A DNA stretch of 60,083 nt, filler included, from Nitrospinae bacterium RIFCSPLOWO2_12_FULL_45_22 (lineage in GTDB: Bacteria; 2-12-FULL-45-22): NCBI GenBank assembly GCA_001803565.1. It is 2 parts of 2 records of this genome, joined end to end, with 100 filler letters (N's around TTAATTAATTAA, not from the genome) between each part and the next. Parts side by side here need not be neighbours in the genome. Positions count along the whole stretch, not along the records: positions 28,435 to 60,083 come from MHDQ01000128.1; 1 more part is not named here. The stretch is one strand, 5' to 3'. The translations under genes and the position numbers were made by a program. The number at the start of each line of letters is the position of its first letter. Positions within the stretch are counted from its first letter, which is position 1. Under the pieces are notes generated by a model. That model saw nothing but the letters and a program-made list of their open reading frames with translations. It was not told the origin of the DNA and ran no database searches. Shown piece after piece: positions 56,724-60,083 of the stretch.

Positions 56724-57836
56724 ATGAAAAGGTCCAATATTATTAAGAAAATATATTCTAAACAACTAATCCAGCTATTGAAGGGTTTTTTCGATTACAA
56801 CATCATGGCTCATTTTAGGCCCTTACCCCCCAGGCATATACTGATGCCTATTACCTATCGGTGTAATGCCAGGTGTGTTATGTGCAATATCTGGAAAATG
56901 CCAATAAAAGCTGAATTAACAATCGGACAAATAGACCAAATACTAGCTGATGATATTTTTAGATCCGTGGAGACCCTTACTATCACTGGTGGTGAGCCTA
57001 TCTTAAGAGATGACCTGGTGGAGCTTGTTGCCCTATTCATTGGCAAATTGACCCGGCTGAATCAACTTACCATCACAACCAATGGATTGCTCCCGGACAA
57101 AACAATCCAGTTTATTCAGAAAATTGCTCAAACTTGTCTTAAAAATAATATCCACTTATCCGTTTCTGTTTCTGTTGATGGCGTGGGAGAGGTTCATGAC
57201 AGAATTAGGGGAATTCCAGGGGCTTTTGAAAAGATAGAGAAGGCCATTTCTCAGCTTAAAGAGCTTCAGAAGGAATATGGTTTTTATTTGGGTGGGGGAT
57301 GTGTAGTACAGCCCTCAAGCCTGCATAATTTGTCCGATTTAGAACAATGGCATAAAAAAAATGATTTTGATGGTAGTTTTCAACTGCTGGGATTCCATGA
57401 AACTTATGTTGCCAATTTAGAAAAAAAGGATGAGATAAGCTTTACCGAAAAAGATAAAAAAGCACTCCTGACTTTTATTGAAAAAAGGGCAAAAGATCGA
57501 TCTTTATTCAATTTTCAATCCTATTACTGGCATGACATGCTGCAGATGTATAAGCATGGTAAACCAAGAAAGACTGTCTGTCCGATGATGATGGATGCCT
57601 TTGTCTTGGATGCCTATGGCGATGTCTACTGGTGTCTTTCAGAACCAGAGGCAAAGATCGGGAATTGTCTCTCCGGCCCCTCATGTAGTGATATATATTA
57701 TAGCCCTGATAATCTAAAGGTGAGGAAATATATTAGAGAAAATAAATGTCCCAATTGTAATAGCGGTTGTTTAACCAGATTTGGAATCAGGAGTGAGATA
57801 TTTGGATATCTCTGGTATTTGCTGTTGAGACAATAG
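56724..57836 (+). CDS. Radical SAM/SPASM domain protein
   Basis: CNARCVMC, GGEP, SVDG...HDRIRG; C-terminal C...GDVYWC...CPNC...C. Confidence 0.9.
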   Translation: MKRSNIIKKIYSKQLIQLLKGFFDYNIMAHFRPLPPRHILMPITYRCNARCVMCNIWKMPIKAELTIGQIDQILADDIFRSVETLTITGGEPILRDDLVELVALFIGKLTRLNQLTITTNGLLPDKTIQFIQKIAQTCLKNNIHLSVSVSVDGVGEVHDRIRGIPGAFEKIEKAISQLKELQKEYGFYLGGGCVVQPSSLHNLSDLEQWHKKNDFDGSFQLLGFHETYVANLEKKDEISFTEKDKKALLTFIEKRAKDRSLFNFQSYYWHDMLQMYKHGKPRKTVCPMMMDAFVLDAYGDVYWCLSEPEAKIGNCLSGPSCSDIYYSPDNLKVRKYIRENKCPNCNSGCLTRFGIRSEIFGYLWYLLLRQ

Positions 57837-57875
57837 TGAAATAATTTTTTTTAAAGGTCTAGGGGGTCAACAATA

Positions 57876-58802
57876 ATGAAAAGGATTTTGGTAACCGGGG
57901 GGGCCGGGTTCATTGGTTCCCATCTGGTTAAGGCGTTAGTAAAATCAAATCATAATGTTTTGGTCGTCGATGATCTATCCTTTGGGAAAAAGGAGTTTTT
58001 GCCATTAAATGGTAGTTTGAAATTTGTTCAATTAGATATAACCAATAAGATATTGTTAGAAGAGATCTTTTTGCAATTCAAGCCTGAGATAGTGGTACAT
58101 CTTGCAGCTATTCATTTTATCCCCTATTGCAATGCTCATCCTGTAGAGACATCAAAGGTAAATATAATAGGAACTAGAAATATCCTTGATATTTGCCGTA
58201 ATACAATTCCAGAGATGGTTCTCTATGCTTCTACGGCTGCGGTATATCCTATAAGGGATGAGGCGAATGATGAGGAGTCCGAAGTAAACCCCATAGATAT
58301 TTATGGTATTACTAAATTGGCTGGTGAGGATCTTTGCAAATTGTTTTATAACGAAACAGGAATAAATACCGTAGTGATGAGGTTTTTTAATGCCTATGGC
58401 CCTAATGAAACCAATGCGCACGTTATTCCCGAGATTGTTAGGCAGCTCAAATCCGGGAAGCGAAAAATCGAGTTGGGTAATCTAGCACCCAAAAGGGATT
58501 ATATCCATGTAAAGGATAAAGCAAAGGCTATTATGGCATTGATGGAAAAAGTGAAAAATGGATACCAGGTTGTCAATATTGGATCAGGGAATGAATATTC
58601 AGTGAGTGAAATACTGCGATATTGCGAGGAAATATTGAAGGAAAATATAGAGGTCGTAAGCACAAAAGAACGAACCAGAAAGATGGAAAGAAAGCATCTT
58701 CTGGCAAACATAAATAAAATAAAGAATTTGACGGGTTGGTCGCCCAGGGTGGAGTTTAAGGCGGGGCTTCGCGACTTATTGCTTCGAGTAAATGGTAATT
58801 AA
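57876..58802 (+). CDS. NAD-dependent epimerase/dehydratase (extended SDR)
   Basis: VTGGAGFIGS, YGITK, RFFNAYGP. Confidence 0.93.
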   Translation: MKRILVTGGAGFIGSHLVKALVKSNHNVLVVDDLSFGKKEFLPLNGSLKFVQLDITNKILLEEIFLQFKPEIVVHLAAIHFIPYCNAHPVETSKVNIIGTRNILDICRNTIPEMVLYASTAAVYPIRDEANDEESEVNPIDIYGITKLAGEDLCKLFYNETGINTVVMRFFNAYGPNETNAHVIPEIVRQLKSGKRKIELGNLAPKRDYIHVKDKAKAIMALMEKVKNGYQVVNIGSGNEYSVSEILRYCEEILKENIEVVSTKERTRKMERKHLLANINKIKNLTGWSPRVEFKAGLRDLLLRVNGN

Positions 58803-58814
58803 TGTGAGGTCGGC

Positions 58815-59975
58815 ATGAAAGTATTAATGGTCACGCCTTTCCCAATCGACAGTCAAACTATAGAGGGTGGTGTGCAGGCAGTTGCCTACTATCTCTCCCA
58901 GGGGCTAACAAATACCAAAGAGATAGATCTACATGTATTGATCCCTTTAAATGGACCAGGATATTTTAAGTATAAAGAAAAAAAGGAAAATTCTGGTTTC
59001 GATTTCGACGACCGAATTAAGATTCATCTTTATAGGAATAAGAGATTTCAAACCCTAACAAATTATTTTTTGGATAAGAAGTTTCTTATTCAAAAAATAA
59101 AAAGCATTAATCCCGATATTGTCCATGCCCAGGGGAGTGGCAGAAATAGTATTGTGGCAGCCTTATCAGGATACCCGAGTGTAACAACCCTTCATGGGGT
59201 GTTCAAGAAAGAAGAAGTATTCTATAGAAATATTCATGAGAAACTCTCTCTCAAACTCAGAAGTTTGCATGAAAAGAAGATATTCAAAAAAATTAAAAAC
59301 CTAATAATAATTAATAAATACGTTGCTGAAGAAATAGATGCTAAACATAATGCTAACCTATTTTATATTAATAATCCTATAAAAAATGATTTTTTCAAGA
59401 TACAAAGAGAGCCAATAAGACAAAGGCTTTTATTTCCCAATGGCATAAGAGAAAGAAAGGATCTAGTTACCTTATTAAAAGCTATGAAGATATTAAGAAA
59501 AAAGTTTCCTTCTTTTTCTCTCCATATAACAGGTATGAATGAAGGTAAGGAGTATTTTGATAAAATTGTGCAATTAGTCAACCAATATGATCTTTCCAAT
59601 AACATAGAGATCTTGGGAACCATTAGCGAGGACAGGCTTTTTGAGGAATACCGTGATGCGGAAATATTAGTTATGAGTTCCCTGGAAGAAACGTCACCCA
59701 TGGCTATTGAACAGGCTATGGCATGTGGGCTTCCCGTTGTATCAACCCGGGCTGGCGGGGTACCTTATATGATCGAGCATAAAAAAACCGGTTTATTAGT
59801 AGATATTGGTGATGCTGGAGGCATTGCCAATATGATAGAGCTATTGTTTCATAATGAAACCCTAAAGAATGAGATAATTAAGAATACAAAGCTTAAAGCC
59901 ATGAAGGAATATCATATTGACTCAATTATTAAAGAAACTATTAATACCTATAAAACGATTTTAGAACAGAATTAG
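58815..59975 (+). CDS. Glycosyltransferase family 4
   Basis: PDIVHAQ, SSLEETSPMAIEQAMACGLPVV. Confidence 0.92.
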   Translation: MKVLMVTPFPIDSQTIEGGVQAVAYYLSQGLTNTKEIDLHVLIPLNGPGYFKYKEKKENSGFDFDDRIKIHLYRNKRFQTLTNYFLDKKFLIQKIKSINPDIVHAQGSGRNSIVAALSGYPSVTTLHGVFKKEEVFYRNIHEKLSLKLRSLHEKKIFKKIKNLIIINKYVAEEIDAKHNANLFYINNPIKNDFFKIQREPIRQRLLFPNGIRERKDLVTLLKAMKILRKKFPSFSLHITGMNEGKEYFDKIVQLVNQYDLSNNIEILGTISEDRLFEEYRDAEILVMSSLEETSPMAIEQAMACGLPVVSTRAGGVPYMIEHKKTGLLVDIGDAGGIANMIELLFHNETLKNEIIKNTKLKAMKEYHIDSIIKETINTYKTILEQN

Positions 59976-60010
59976 GTGGAGTTTTTGGTTTTTTAGGAGA
60001 ATAGGAAGTC

Positions 60011-60083
60011 ATGAAAAAAATTAATCTTCTCCTATTGCATCCCACGGCTGATATCGGGGGTACAGAGCAATATCTCTCGTCTC
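60011..60083 (+). CDS. Start of a probable GT4 glycosyltransferase (truncated by window)
   Basis: MKKINLLLLHPTADIGGTEQY after AGGA; GGxE motif typical of GT4 N-termini. Confidence 0.6.
   Translation, partial: MKKINLLLLHPTADIGGTEQYLSS

Noticed and set aside
712-59701. Numerous short antisense or nested ORFs in the ORF track
   Set aside because: They lie within well-supported genes on the other strand or frame and show no motifs.
1-60083. tRNA, rRNA, CRISPR arrays, known riboswitches
   Set aside because: No T-loop/anticodon-arm pattern, rRNA-like block, regularly spaced repeat array or recognisable riboswitch consensus was seen by eye; an Rfam scan would be needed to exclude them.

Overview
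Bacterial window, probably from an uncultured anaerobe (Desulfobacterota/Nitrospirota-like gene content; taxonomy is inference). It is two contigs joined by an artificial N44-TTAATTAATTAA-N44 spacer at 28335-28434. The left contig holds a CusS/CusR-like two-component pair and an AIR-synthase-like gene, then a ~15 kb minus-strand respiratory locus. That locus reads: diheme-c sensor kinase, integrase/toxin-antitoxin debris, sigma54 NtrC-type activator, a near-consensus -24/-12 promoter, Asp-less receiver, pentaheme QrcA/ActA-like cytochrome, Tat/lipoprotein molybdopterin subunit, QrcC-like Fe-S protein, ActC-like NrfD subunit, TorD-ferredoxin fusion, SPFH protein, triheme and pentaheme cytochromes. 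It is followed by housekeeping genes (cysteine desulfurase, dxs, tlyA, AI-2E transporter, pgsA, rluB, putA). The right contig is a mosaic surface-polysaccharide cluster with many GT2/GT4 genes, Wzm/Wzt, Wzx, a Wzy/WaaL-like protein, an ArnT-like protein, two radical SAM enzymes, an epimerase, a broken GT2-deacetylase gene, a PemK/MazF TA pair and an IS remnant. The best candidate for an undescribed system is the Qrc/ACIII-like complex: its Mo subunit keeps the FS0 cluster and a dedicated chaperone but lacks the canonical ArrA/PsrA Cys ligand (ISHDLGME). Intergenic DNA is rich in REP/MITE-like palindromes, several showing compensatory base changes. No rRNA, tRNA or CRISPR array was seen. All family assignments are from motif recognition by eye; no database searches were run.
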